The notes: generated from the letters alone by a model not told the origin. A DNA stretch of 53,470 nt from Octopus sinensis (GCF_006345805.1 NW_021833920.1:1-53470), one strand, 5' to 3'; numbered from the stretch's first letter, positions 1 to 13,155 are shown. Program-made: numbers and translations.

Positions 1-128
1 AAATCCACTCACAAGGCATGGTCGGCCCGGGGCTATAGCAGAAGACACTTGCCCAAGATGCCACGCAGTGGGACTGAACCCGGAACCATGTGGTTGGTTA
101 GCAAGCTACTTACCACACAGCCACTCCT
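1..128 (-). mobile_element. tRNA-derived SINE, 5' half (window-truncated), with CORE-like motif
   Basis: Minus strand reads AGGAGTGGCTGTGTGGTAAGTAGCTTGC...GGTTCAGTCCCACTGCGTGGCATCTTGGGCAAGTGTCTT. A-box-like TGGCTGTGTGG (113-123), B-box-like GGTTCAGTCCC (70-80), CORE-like CTTGGGCAAGTGTCTT (42-57). Same family as the plus-strand copy at 19710-20090. Confidence 0.85.
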
Positions 129-204
129 TCAACATTTAAGTTTAATTTGTCAAAGTATTTTCGTCGCTACAGGACCGCGACCTGCGGTCTTATAGAAAAA
201 GAAA

Positions 205-208
<4 letters not shown>

Positions 209-242
<34 letters not shown>
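209..242. repeat. (TA)n microsatellite
   Basis: Pure TA run, seen directly. Confidence 0.95.
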
Positions 243-244
<2 letters not shown>

Positions 245-353
245 CATTGTATTTACATCGTTGCGGCTGATATACCCTCCCCCCTTAATCAGGTGTTTTG
301 GGGAAATTTCAAACCTGGGCTCTCATTCCTCAGGTATTTTACGATGTTGCTAA

Positions 354-394
<41 letters not shown>

Positions 395-662
395 TATTAT
401 TATTATTATTATTTTATTATTATTATTATTCATGTCACTGCCTGGAATCGAAGTCGGAATGTTGGGGTTAGTAGCCCGCGCTCTTAACCACTATGCCAAT
501 ATTCCCGTGGACAGATGGCATAGTGATTAAGACACCTGATGTAGGCTGGAGGGCATATCAGCCGAAACGTTGTGTTAAGAACAAACAGATGAGGACACAT
601 ATCCTTCAAATATAAATAATGTAAATAATGTACATATTTCCGCATTTCTTAAATATAGAACT
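245..662. mobile_element. Composite head-to-head (fold-back) element: tRNA-like head + (AAT)n + Penelope-like terminal segment
   Basis: Minus arm has A-box TGGCATAGTGG (488-498), B-box-like CTTCGATTCC (444-453), (AAT)n at ~350-430, then CACCTGATTAAGGGGGGAGGGTATATCAGCCGCAACG (259-295). Plus arm has TGGCATAGTGATTAAGA (516-532), then CACCTGATGTAGGCTGGAGGGCATATCAGCCGAAACG (533-569; 31/37 identical to the minus arm). The CTGANGA...CCGAAAC spacing is typical of Penelope-like pseudo-LTRs. Confidence 0.6.
531..576 (+). ncRNA. Minimal type I hammerhead-ribozyme-like motif (degenerate core)
   Basis: Helix I GACAC(531-535)/GTGTT(572-576); core CTGATGT (536-542, one change from CUGANGA); helix II GGCTG(544-548)/CAGCC(559-563); GAAA (564-567); palindromic AACGTT in place of helix III, with a GUU triplet (569-571). 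Confidence 0.45.
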
Positions 663-664
663 CT

Positions 665-724
<60 letters not shown>

Positions 725-782
725 TATATATAGCATTATTAAATCTCAGAATGAGATTGAAACAGTAATCGCTCGACAATGT

Positions 783-1025
783 AAGCCATCTTAACATGGC
801 TAACCACATAGGGGAGGGGGTGTTACTGTAGCTTTATAGCCCCAGGAGATCTTCGTCTCCAGCTGGCTTTAGACACCATATCAGTGCCCTTGATATGGCA
901 CTGATATGGTGTCTAAAGCGGGCACTGATATGGTGTCTAAAGCCATCTGGAGACGACGATCTCCTGGGGCTATAAAGCTACAGTAACACCCCTCCCCTAT
1001 CTGGTTAGCCATGTTAAGATGGCTT
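783..1025. mobile_element. Fold-back / MITE-like element, ~105-bp inverted arms
   Basis: 783-888 is the reverse complement of 921-1025 with 3 mismatches and 1 indel. The loop contains a second copy of GGCACTGATATGGTGTCTAAAGC (897-919). No clear TSD. Confidence 0.75.
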
Positions 1026-1203
1026 CTATACTTTTATATATATATATATATATATATTGATGTAATACATGTCCTTGTGGAAGTTGTTGTGCGCGGCTGA
1101 AGAAGGCCACAGACATACATTATGCATTGTTATAAATCCGTCTAATAAAGGCCCGAAACATCCTTGGCTGAATCCTTGGCATCATGTTTTTATTTTAATT
1201 AAT

Positions 1204-1240
<37 letters not shown>

Positions 1241-1445
1241 TATATATAACACGCATACTTTGCTGAAAGTGTTCAATACTTCAATTTAAGTTGTATTTTT
1301 CTAATTTATTACGACAGCAGGGACTTCAAGTTTGTCTTGTACCCCATACAACAAATGTTTATAATCCTGGTCGTTTAGTGATTTAGAATTATTATCCGTG
1401 GGTATATCACGGGTACAGTTCAGGAAAATATCACTTCTATAATTC

Positions 1446-1569
1446 ATGTATATATATATATATATTGTGTGTGGTGTGTGTGTGTGTGTGTATATCTTAT
1501 ATATATTTTATATATATATATATATAATATATATATATATTATACCACAACATATATATACACACACAC

Positions 1570-1640
<71 letters not shown>
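1446..1640. repeat. Compound (TA)n/(GT)n/(CA)n microsatellite
   Basis: Seen directly. Confidence 0.9.
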
Positions 1641-1641
<1 letters not shown>

Positions 1642-2242
1642 ACGACCTCGAACACACAAGTGCAAACAAGGGAGTCAGAGAAAGGCAGAATGCCACTTAT
1701 ATCTGAACACTACTATAGAAATATTCCTTTAAAAAAACTTTTCTTCTAATTTTTCTAAATTTAATTATTTAATCGTTACAGTTAAAAAGGTCTCAAAATG
1801 ACCGAAACCGGTACTGAAAGATTCACTATAAAATTATTTTAGCATTTTCTATTTTTGACTTGTTTTTTCATATATATCAACTCGTGTGATCCTTTCCACC
1901 CTTATACATATATATATATATATATATTCAATTCTGGGGGATGTCCGTTTATCTACTGCTATTCCTTGAGGCAAGGCGAATTATTTTTTTTATGTTCGCT
2001 GCCCTCACACTTCTTCGCCAGTTCAAACGTTATGAAGCTTTACGATAGTACAACAAATTTATTGACTGCTATTTCTAATAAACATTGGTGCCTTGTTGAA
2101 CCCCAACTTACTCTCTCTCTCTCACTCTCTTTCTCTCTCTCTCTCTCTCTCTCCCTCTCTCTCTCCTCTACATATATCTCTTATTATAAAAGGCAGATTT
2201 TATCTGCCTCCCTTTGTCAGTTATAGAAATCTACAATATAGG

Positions 2243-2900
2243 ATTTCTTCAATTACAATTTACCTAGCATTTTTAAGAGTAGAATGCATCGGGTCATGCC
2301 AGGTCCAGTTTTTAAAATTTAAACTCCAATTAAGCAAAATTTACAGAAAACTCACATTCTGGTGTGTATGTCAAATGCTTTTCTTAATGTGGTTTACACC
2401 ACACGCACACGCACACACACAGTGTGCAACGAATAAACTGAAAGTAATTCACTGTGTGTGTGTTGACAGGTAGACAATAGAATGCGATGGCGATGGCGAT
2501 GGCGATGTAATATTTGTTTCTGTCTATCACGCTGATAGATACATGAGTAAAATGTATGGCAAGCTAAGAGATAAGAGTGAGTGAAAATGTTCTTGGAAGA
2601 GAGTAAATAGCGACAGAGTGATTTGAGGAAGACTAAACTGAAAGTATTTCTATAAAACGGATCACTCATGCTATCAACATAATTTCTCCCACTTTCTCTT
2701 TGCAAGTGTACCTTAAACCACTACTAAAAAAATAAAAAAAACACAGCAAACAGAAACAAATAAATACATAACGATTTACTCCTCACACAATTTCTTCAAT
2801 TAGAGTTTACCTAAGATTTTTCAAAGTACTCCATTCGGTCATGCCATAACAAATTTCTTTCAATTTCACCCCCAATTAAGACAAAATTCGAGAAAACTCA
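2243..2900 (+). repeat. Pair of diverged ~111-bp direct repeats (2243-2354, 2790-2900)
   Basis: Shared colinear anchors ATTTCTTCAATTA, TTTACCTA, GGTCATGCCA, CCAATTAAG, CAAAATT and AGAAAACTCA. Confidence 0.65.
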
Positions 2901-3815
2901 ATATTTTAACATTTCACTCCGAAAGCATTGATGTACATGTGTGCGTGCGTGAGTGTGTGTGTGTGTGTGTGTCTGTGTTTGATGGGTTGTGCGACACAGA
3001 AAGTGTGGTGTGTAAGTGAAGTGCTTTTGTTAGTGTGTGTAAAGAGACAGAGAGAGTGAAAGACAGAAATAACTGAACTTTTTTTATTCACTTTTTGTAG
3101 TGAGTGACTGAGAGAGAAAAGAGAGAGAGAGGTTATGTATGTATATATGTATGTATGGTTTCAGTGACACACACACACAAAAACACATACCCCAGAAAAA
3201 AAAATGTACTGCTGGTATTTATATATTTCACTACTATTTTGCTACAATGTCATGAAAAAGAAAAAATTTAGGTATGTACAACATATATTATACATTTTTT
3301 CTATTCATTCAACGAAAATAAAAAAATCGAATTCGCCACCCCCTTTTCCCCGTTCGCGTTTGTGTAAAAAAAATTATTATTTAAGTTTTAAAAATTATTT
3401 ACTTTGTTCAAAAAATATTAATATTAATTAATTTTCAAGAATTATTTAGTTTTATTCTGTAAAATAGTAATTAATTCATTTATCTGTAAATCCGCGAGGT
3501 TGTTACTCAGGCACCTAGAAATAGCAGCCAGATTTTTATATTCTAAATAATTTGCAATTTAAAAAAATATATTAATTTTGCGTTATTTAATTTGATAAAT
3601 TCTACGGAATAATTTTGCGCGTTATATACGTTCGCGTTTCTTTAAAAAAAAGTAATTATTTAAGGGCGATCAAATATCGAGTACCTACGTCTGGCTCGCA
3701 CGCGCGAATCCGCGTGTGCGCAACCGGGACCACTCTGCGATACAAGTACCCATATATACATCCATACATACATGTGTGTGTGTGTCTATGTATGTGTATT
3801 AATGTGTGTGTGTTA

Positions 3816-4173
3816 TCTCTATATAAAGCTAAAGTTGTCTGTGTGCGCCACGTTTGGTAACCTTCAACTAACACTATCTCCTCCGAGACCCTGCGGCGCA
3901 AGTTGACCAAAATTGAGAGTATGATAGAAGAAGGGTTGCTCTTCCTTCCGTAGAACATAAAATTCAAATCGGACCATGTTAACACCAACAATTATTTACA
4001 TCAAAAAGATGCTTTTTTCTATGAAAATGCCTATTTTTTACAATTTTTTCACTGCTGTGTCGCCACTTTTCGGTGTATTTCGACCAGAAAAATGTTCACA
4101 AAATATTTACTTTTCAAAATTACAATTCCAGCGGGTCGAAACAAACCCGAGCAACGCCGGGCGATACTGCTAG
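3816..4173 (+). mobile_element. Non-autonomous Helitron
   Basis: A|TC 5' end (3815/3816, TCTCTATATAAAGCTAAAGTTGTCTGTGTG). Subterminal GC hairpin CCCG-AGCAACGC-CGGG (4146-4161), then 8 nt, then the CTAG 3' end (4170-4173) followed by T. No TSD. All are canonical Helitron hallmarks. Confidence 0.8.
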
Positions 4174-4199
4174 TACATATATACATACAAACATATGTG

Positions 4200-4272
<73 letters not shown>

Positions 4273-4276
<4 letters not shown>

Positions 4277-7200
4277 GACGAACAAAAAGACAAACGGGTC
4301 ATTCAAGCCTTCATTCTTCAGTCAGAAGCTGATCCCTCATCGCAGATTTCGGCCGTTCAATTCTGAGATCCGCTCCGAATCAGCCAGCCACAGAAGGAAA
4401 GAATGCAACGCAACAGAGACGAACATGAAACGAAAAATCTTTTTTAGAGACAGTAACGGTTAAAAACATGGATGACACAGGCGCTCAACGGCTTTAACAC
4501 AAAAAGAGAGACACAAAAACAATATCACCAAGCGTGGAAAAATAATTACCTTTTCGGTGATAAGACACATGTTGAACAAGTGGCCGATGGAAACAGAATG
4601 GCTGAGCAAGCAAGTCGCAAGATGGTAAGAGAGAGGAGGGGCTAAGAGAGAGAGGGGACCAAGGAGGGTAGAAGGCGAGGACAGAAGCGGTGACCGAGAG
4701 AGAGAGAGGGAGAGAAGGAATCAAAGAAGAAGCAGTCATCAAGAGAGAGAGGGAGAGAAGGAATCAGAGAGGCTGGGAGGAAAAGGCGCCAAAACAATTT
4801 GGCAACGAAGCAATGGCGAAGGAAAGAAAATAGTTTAAAGACATCGTGCAGGGGTTTTGATATGATAAACATAAAAAAGTTATTATGCACGTACGCTGCG
4901 AAATATATAATAAACCTTTACATAAATAAATAACGTGAAATACACGAAGGGACGAACAAAAAGACAAACGGGTCATTCAAATCCTTCATTCATCAGTCAG
5001 AAGCTGATCCCTCATCGCAGATTTCGGCCGTTCAATTCTGAGATCCGCTCCGAATCGCCAGCCACAGAAGGAAAGAATGAAACGCAACAGAGACGAACAT
5101 GAAACAAAAATCTTTTTTAGAGACAGTAACGGTTAAAAACATGGATGACACAGGCGCTCAACGGCTTTAACACAAAAAGAGAGACACAAAAACAATATTC
5201 ACCAAGCGTGGAAAAATAATTTAACTTTTCGGTGATAAGACACATGTTGAACAAGTGGCCGATGGAAACAGAATGGCTGAGCAAGCAAGTCGCACAAGAT
5301 GGTAAGAGAGAGGAGGGGCTAAGAGAGAGAGGGGACCAAGGAGGGTAGAAGGCGAGGACAGAAGCGGTGACCGAGAGGAGAAGAGGGAGAGAAGGAATCA
5401 AAGAAGAAGCAGTCATCAAGAGAGAGAGGGAGAGAAGGAATCAGAGAGGCTGGGAGGAAAAGGCGCCAAAACAATTTGGCAACGAAGCAATGGCGAAGGA
5501 AAGAAAATAGTTTAAAGACATCGTGCAGGGGTTTTGATATGATAAACATAAAAAAGTTATTATGCACGTACGCTGCGAAATATATAATAAACCTTTACAT
5601 AAATAAATAACGTGAAATACACGAAGGGACGAACAAAAAGACAAACGGGTCATTCAAAGCCTTCATTCTTCAGCCAGAAACAGATACCTCATCGCAGATT
5701 TGGGCTGTTTAATTCTGAGATCCGCTAAGAATCATCCAACCACAGAAGGAAAGAATGCAACGCCACAGAGACGAACATGAAACACACACACACATATATA
5801 GAAATACACACACACATATATAATATATACATACCCACATACATATATATATACATGTATGTAATAAACCTTTACATAAATAAATAATAACATATATATA
5901 TATGTATATATACATACACACACACATATATATACATACACACATACATATATATATATATGTATATAATATACCTTTAGATAAATAAATAAAAAAAAAT
6001 ATATATATATATACATACACACACACATATATATATATATGTATATAATAAACCTTTGCATAAATAAATAATAACGTATATATATATATACATACACACA
6101 CATATATATACATACACACACACACATATATATACATACACACATACATATATATATATATGTATATAATAAACCTTTAGATAAATAAATAATAACATAT
6201 ATATATATATATACATACACACACACATATATATACATACACACATACATATATATATATGTATATAATAAACATTTAGATAAATAAACAATAACATATA
6301 TATATATATATACACACACACATATATATATATATGTATAAAAATAAACCTTTACATAAATAAATAATAACATATATATATATATATACACATACACACA
6401 CACATATATACACATACACACACACATATATATACATGCACACAAAAACATATATATACATACACACACACATATATATATACATACACACACAAACACA
6501 CATATATATACTTACACACACACACACATATATATATACACACACAAACACACACATATATACATACACACACACATATATATATACATACACACACACA
6601 TATATATATATACATACACACATATATATATATACATATATATATATATACATATATACATACATATATACATACATATATATATGTATATATATATATA
6701 TATATATATAATAAACCTTTACATAAAAAATAACGTGAAATACACGAAGGGACGAACAAAAGGACAAACGGGTCATTCCAATCCTTCATTCTTCAGTCAG
6801 AAACTGATCCCTCATCGCAGATTTCGGACGTTCAATTCTGAGATCCTCTCCGAATCAGCCAGCCACAGAAGGAAATAATGCAACGCAACAGAGACGAACA
6901 TGAAACGAAAAATCTTTTTTGGACACCGTAACGGTTAAAAACATGGATGACACAGGCGCCCTACGGCTTTAACACAAAAAGAGAGACACAAAAACAATAT
7001 CATAAGCGTGGAAACATAATTACCTTTTCGCTGATAAGACACATGTTGAACAAGTGGCCGATGGAAAGAGAATGGCTGAGGCAGCAAGTCGCAAGAGGGT
7101 AAGAGAGAGGAGGGGCAAAGAGAGAGAGGGGACCAAGGAGGGTAGAAGGCGAGGACAGACGCAGTGACCGAGAGAGAGAGAGGGGGAGCGAAGGAATCAG

Positions 7201-9745
7201 AGAAGAAGCAGTGATCAAGAGAGAGAGGGAGAGAAGGAATCAGAGAGGCTGGGAGAAAAAGGCGCCAAAACAATTTGGCAACGACGCAATGGCGAAGGAA
7301 ACAAAATAGTTTAAAGACATCGTGCAGGGGTTTTGATATGATAAACATAAAGAAGTTATTATGCACGTACGCTGCGAAATATATAATAAACCTTTACATA
7401 AATAAATAACGTGAAATACACGAAGGGACGAACGAAAAGACAAACGGGTCATTCAAAGCCTTCATTCTTCAGTCAGACACTGATCCCTCATCACAGATTT
7501 TGGCTGTTTAATTCTGAGATCCGCTCCGAATCAGCCAGCCACAGAAGGAAAGAATGCAACGCAACAGGAACGAACATGAAACACACACACTCATATATAT
7601 ACATACACACACATATATGATTGATTGATTGATTGATTGATTCTAGTTTCAGCTTATGAGCTGTGGCCATGCTGGGGCACCGCCATTTGGTGTTGCTACT
7701 TGGTTTCACTTCATGGAGGCTTTCTAGCAACTGCTATTTGGTGCATGAGAGAGTTCGATGCAGCTGCCCTCATCTGCCCCTCCTGGCGTGAAGTTGGTTC
7801 ATCTGGGACACCTGACAGGAAGAGATCCAGCTTCATTTTAAAGACATCTGTATCCACCCCATGCAGGTCTCTCAGGTTCTTCGGGAGGATATTGAAGAGC
7901 TGTGGGCCTCGGAAGCCCAGGCTATCACAGAATCTTGTCCTACATCTTGATGGCAGGTTTCGAGTCCTAGGCACCATGCAGTGGCGCCCAGTTCTGGCAT
8001 TTGCGTAACTCTCGATGCCAAAGTTCAGGACACTTCCCTCCAGGATCTTCCAGATGTATATTATGGCATATCTTTCCCGCCTACGCTCCAGGGAATATAA
8101 TTTTAATCTCTTGAGTCTTTCCAGTAGCTTACATTCTGCATAGAGGCTATCTTCTTTGTGTAGCTTCGTTGGATCGCCTCAAGTTCTGTGATCAACTTGA
8201 CACTGGATGGTGACCATAGCTGAGAGCAATAGTCAAAGTGGCTTAGGACAAGTGTCTTCCAGAGGACCATCATGGTTTCTTGTTCTCTTGTTCTAAAGGT
8301 TCTAAGAATCCATCCAGCCAGCCGTCTACATTTCATTGTCAGTTTAGCAACATGTACATGAAAGGTCGCGTCATCACTCATGTGAATACCCAGGTCACGC
8401 ACTGATTGTGCCTCTGGGATTGCAATCCCTCCGGGTCCAGTGTATTCATTGGGTATTGCATTCAGTTTGCATCTGATAGTATAAAGCTTGAAACTTTCCA
8501 GCATTGAACTGCATGCTATTCTTTTCAGCCCACTTGTATATTCGTCCAGCTCACATTGCAGGTGTTTAGTGTCCTCAGGGTTCTGTATTTCCTGTGAACT
8601 TTTGTATCATCTGCATAACTTGTGATCGTGGCTCTCTGCGTGCTGAGGGCATGTCTGAGAGGGCCATTATGAACAGTAGTGGTCCCAGAACAGTGCCCTG
8701 CGGACCCCGCTCACTATTTGTGTGTTAATGGAGGTGGCCCCATTGGCTACTACCACCTGACTTCTATCCTTCAGAAAGTCATGAAGCCATTCTCCCAGTT
8801 TTCCAACTATGTTGAGATCACGCAGTTTGTGACATATCATTCCATGATCGACTTTATCAAAGGCCTTTGCAAAGTCGAGATATATCACTTCCACATTTGA
8901 GTGGTTGAGCAGCCGTTTCAGCACCCAGTCATAGTGTTGTAGGAGCTGAGTTAAACAGCTTCTCCCTTGTCGGAAACCATGTTGGGTGTCGGGCAGCAAT
9001 CATTCTCTTCAAGGAAGGTGATCAGCTTCCTTCTGACTATTCGTTCCATGACCTTGCTGATGTGTGAGGTCAGAGAGATAGGTCTATAGTTCTTGGCTTC
9101 CGCTCTGCTACCTCCTTTATGAATGGGGCATATTTTACCTTCCTTCAGTTTTCCTGGAAGTTTGCCAGCTGCAAGGAAGCTCTGAAAGAGGAACTGCAGA
9201 GGTCTTGCTAGGACTCTCTTACATGCTTTTAGGAGGATTGCCGGGAATCCGTCGGGGCCAGTAGCTGAGTCTGTTTTCATTTCATCTATAGCCTTGGTTA
9301 CATCGTCTTCCTTTATATCGATGTAATCTATCGTCGCCGCCTCTGATTTTATATCTGCAGTGGTAAAAAAAGTCAGTTGGATTGGTGATTTGGAGATGCC
9401 CAAGGGGTGGAGTGAAAACACTCTTGAATTGCTCATTCAGTATTTCAATTACCCTCATTGGTTTTCCTGTAAGTGTGCCATCCTTTTCGAGGAGTGGCCC
9501 TATTCTACAGTGGACTGTAGCTGTTTCTTTGGCATACCTGTAGAAAGCTCTGGGGTTAGATTTTATGTTTTCTATAGCCCAGGCTTCTTTGTCTGCTCTT
9601 TCTTTTTCATGGGAGAGTTGCAGACATTTTTCGATTTCCAACAGTTTTATTTTTAGGCGGGATTTTCACTGCTTTCAATATATACATACACACATACATA
9701 TATATATATATATGTATATAATAAACATTTACATAAATAAATAAT

Positions 9746-9793
<48 letters not shown>

Positions 9794-9883
9794 ATATATA
9801 CATACACACATACATATATATATATATATGAATATAATAAGCTTTAGATAAATAAATAATAACATAAATATATATATATACAT

Positions 9884-9914
<31 letters not shown>

Positions 9915-11174
9915 ATAAACTTTTACATAAATAAATAACGTGAAATACACGAAGGGACGAATAAAAAGACAAACGGGTCATTCAAATCCTTCATTTTTCA
10001 TTCAGAAACTGATCCCTCATCGCAGATTTCGGCCGTTCAATTCTGAGATCCGCTCCGAATCAGCCAGCCACGGAAGAAAGATGCAACGCAACAGAGCGAA
10101 CATGAACGAAAAATCTTTTTTGGAGACAGTAACGGTTAAAAACATGGATGACACAGGCGCCCTATGGCTTTAACACAAAAAGAGAGACACAAAAACAATA
10201 TCAGCAAGCGTGGAAAAATAATTACCTTTTCGGTGATAAGACACATGTTGAACAAGTGGCCGATGGAAAGAGAATGGCTGAGGCAGCAAGTCGCAAGAGG
10301 GTAAGAGAGAGGAGGGGCTAAGAGAGAGAGGGGACCAAGGAGGGTAGAAGGCGAGGACAGAAGCAGTGACCGAGAGAGAGAGAGAGGGAGAGAAGGAATC
10401 AGAGAAGAAGCAGTGATCAAGAGAGAGAGGGAGAAAAAAATGAATTAGAGAGGCTGGGAGAAAAAGAGGCCAGAACAATTTGGCAACGAAGCAATGGCGA
10501 AGGAAACAAAATAGTTTAAAGACATCGTGCAGGGGTTTTGATATGATAAACATAAAGAAGTTATTATGCACGTACGCTGCGAAATATATAATAAACCTTT
10601 ACATAAATAAATAACGTGAAATACACGAAGGGACGAATAAAAAGACAAACGGGTCATTCAAAGCCTTCATTCTTCAGTCAGAAACTGATCCCTCATCGCA
10701 GATTTCGGCTGTTTAATTCTGAGATCCGCTCCGAATAAACCAGCCACAGAAGAAAAGAATGCAACGCAACAGAAACGAACATAAAACACACAAACACATA
10801 TATATACATACACACACACACATATATATACATACACACATACATATATATATATATGTATATAATAAACATTTACATAAATAAATAATAAAATATATAT
10901 ATATATACATATACACACACACATATATATACATACACACATACATATATATAGATATATGTATATAATAAACGTTTAGATAAATAAATAATAACAAATA
11001 TATATATATATATATACATACACACACATATATATGTATATGTATATAATAAACCTTTAGATAAATAAATAATAACATATATATATATATACACATACAC
11101 ACACATATATATACATACACACATACATATATATATATATGTATATAATAAGCTTTAGATAAATAAATAATAAC

Positions 11175-11205
<31 letters not shown>

Positions 11206-11859
11206 CACACACATATATATATATATGTATATTATAAACCTTTAGATAAATAAATAATAACATATATATATATATGTATACATACACACACACATATATA
11301 TACATGCACACACACACATATATATATATGTATATAATAAACCTTTAGATAAATAAATAATAACATATATATTATATATATATATATACATACACACACA
11401 CATATATATACATACACACATACATATATATATATATGTATATAATAAACATTTAGATAAATAATTAATAACATATATATATAAATATATACAGACTCAC
11501 ATATATATATATATGTATATAATAAACCTTTACATAAATAAATAATAACATATATATATATATATACACATACACACACACATATATACACATACACACA
11601 CACATATATATGCATGCACACACAAACATATATATACATACACACACACATATATATATACATACACACACAAACACACATATATATACTTACACACACA
11701 CACACATATATATACATACACACACAAACACACACATATATACATGCACACACACATATATATATACATACACACACACCATATATATATATACATACAC
11801 ACATATATATATATACATATATATATATACATATATACATACATATATACATACATATA

Positions 11860-11920
<61 letters not shown>

Positions 11921-13027
11921 AACCTTTACATAAAAAATAACGTGAAATACACGAAGGGACGAACAAAAAGACAAACGGGTCATTCCAATCCTTCATTCTT
12001 CAGTCAGAAACTGATCCCTCATCGCAGATTTCGGCCGTTCAATTCTGAGATCCGCTCCGAATCAGCCAGCCACAGAAGGAAATAATGCAACGCAACAGAG
12101 ACGAACATGAAACGAAAAATCTTTTTTGAACACCGTAACGGTTAAAAACATGGATGACACAGGCGCCCTACGGCTTTAACACAAAAAAAGAGACACAAAA
12201 ACAATATCATAAGCGTGGAAAAATCATTACCTTTTCGGTGATAAGACACATGTTGAACAAGTGGCCGATGGAAAGAGAATGGCTGAGGCAGCAGGTCGCA
12301 AGAGGGTAAGAGAGAGGAGGGGCAAAGAGAGAGAGGGGACCAAGGAGGGTATAAGGCGAGGACAGACGCAGTGACCGAGAGAGAGAGAGAGGGAGAGAAG
12401 GAATCAGAGAAGAAGCAGTGATCAAGAGTGAGAGGGAGAGAAGGAATCAGAGAGACTGGGAGAAAAAGGCACCAAAACAATTTGGCAACGAAGCAAAGGC
12501 GAAGGAGAAAAATATTTTAAATATATCGTGCAGGGGTTTTGATATGATAAACATAAAGAAGTTATTATGCACGTACGCTGCGAAATATATAATAAACCTT
12601 TACATAAAGAAATAACGTGAAATACACGAAGGGACGAACAAAAAGACAGACGGGTCATTCAAAGCCTTCATTCTTCAGTGAGAAACTAATCCCTCATCGC
12701 AGATTTCGGCTGTTTTATTCTGAGATCCTCTCCGAATCAGCAAGCCACAGAAGGAAAGAATGCAACGCAACAGAGACGAACATGAAACACACACACACAT
12801 ATACATACATAAACACACACACATATATATACATGCACACGTATATATATATATGTATATAATAAACCTTTACATAAATAAATAATAACATATATATATA
12901 TACATACACACACACATATATATACATACACACATACATATATATATATGTATATAATAAGCTTTAGATAAATAAATAATAACATATATATATATATATA
13001 CACATACACACACACATATATATACAT

Positions 13028-13058
<31 letters not shown>

Positions 13059-13112
13059 ATATATATATATATACATACAAACATATATACATACATATAT
13101 ATATATATACAT

Positions 13113-13155
<43 letters not shown>

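Noticed and set aside
1097-1162. Second hammerhead/Penelope-like motif CTGAAGAAGGCC...GGCCCGAAAC
   Set aside because: The core words are present, but helix I does not pair and helix II needs a bulge. At best it is a decayed remnant.
4310-4345. U3 box-A-like or C/D-box-like words on the minus strand of the 675-bp unit (GATGAGGGATCAGYTTCTGACTGA)
   Set aside because: The other U3 boxes are absent, and the C-to-D distance is far too short for a snoRNA.
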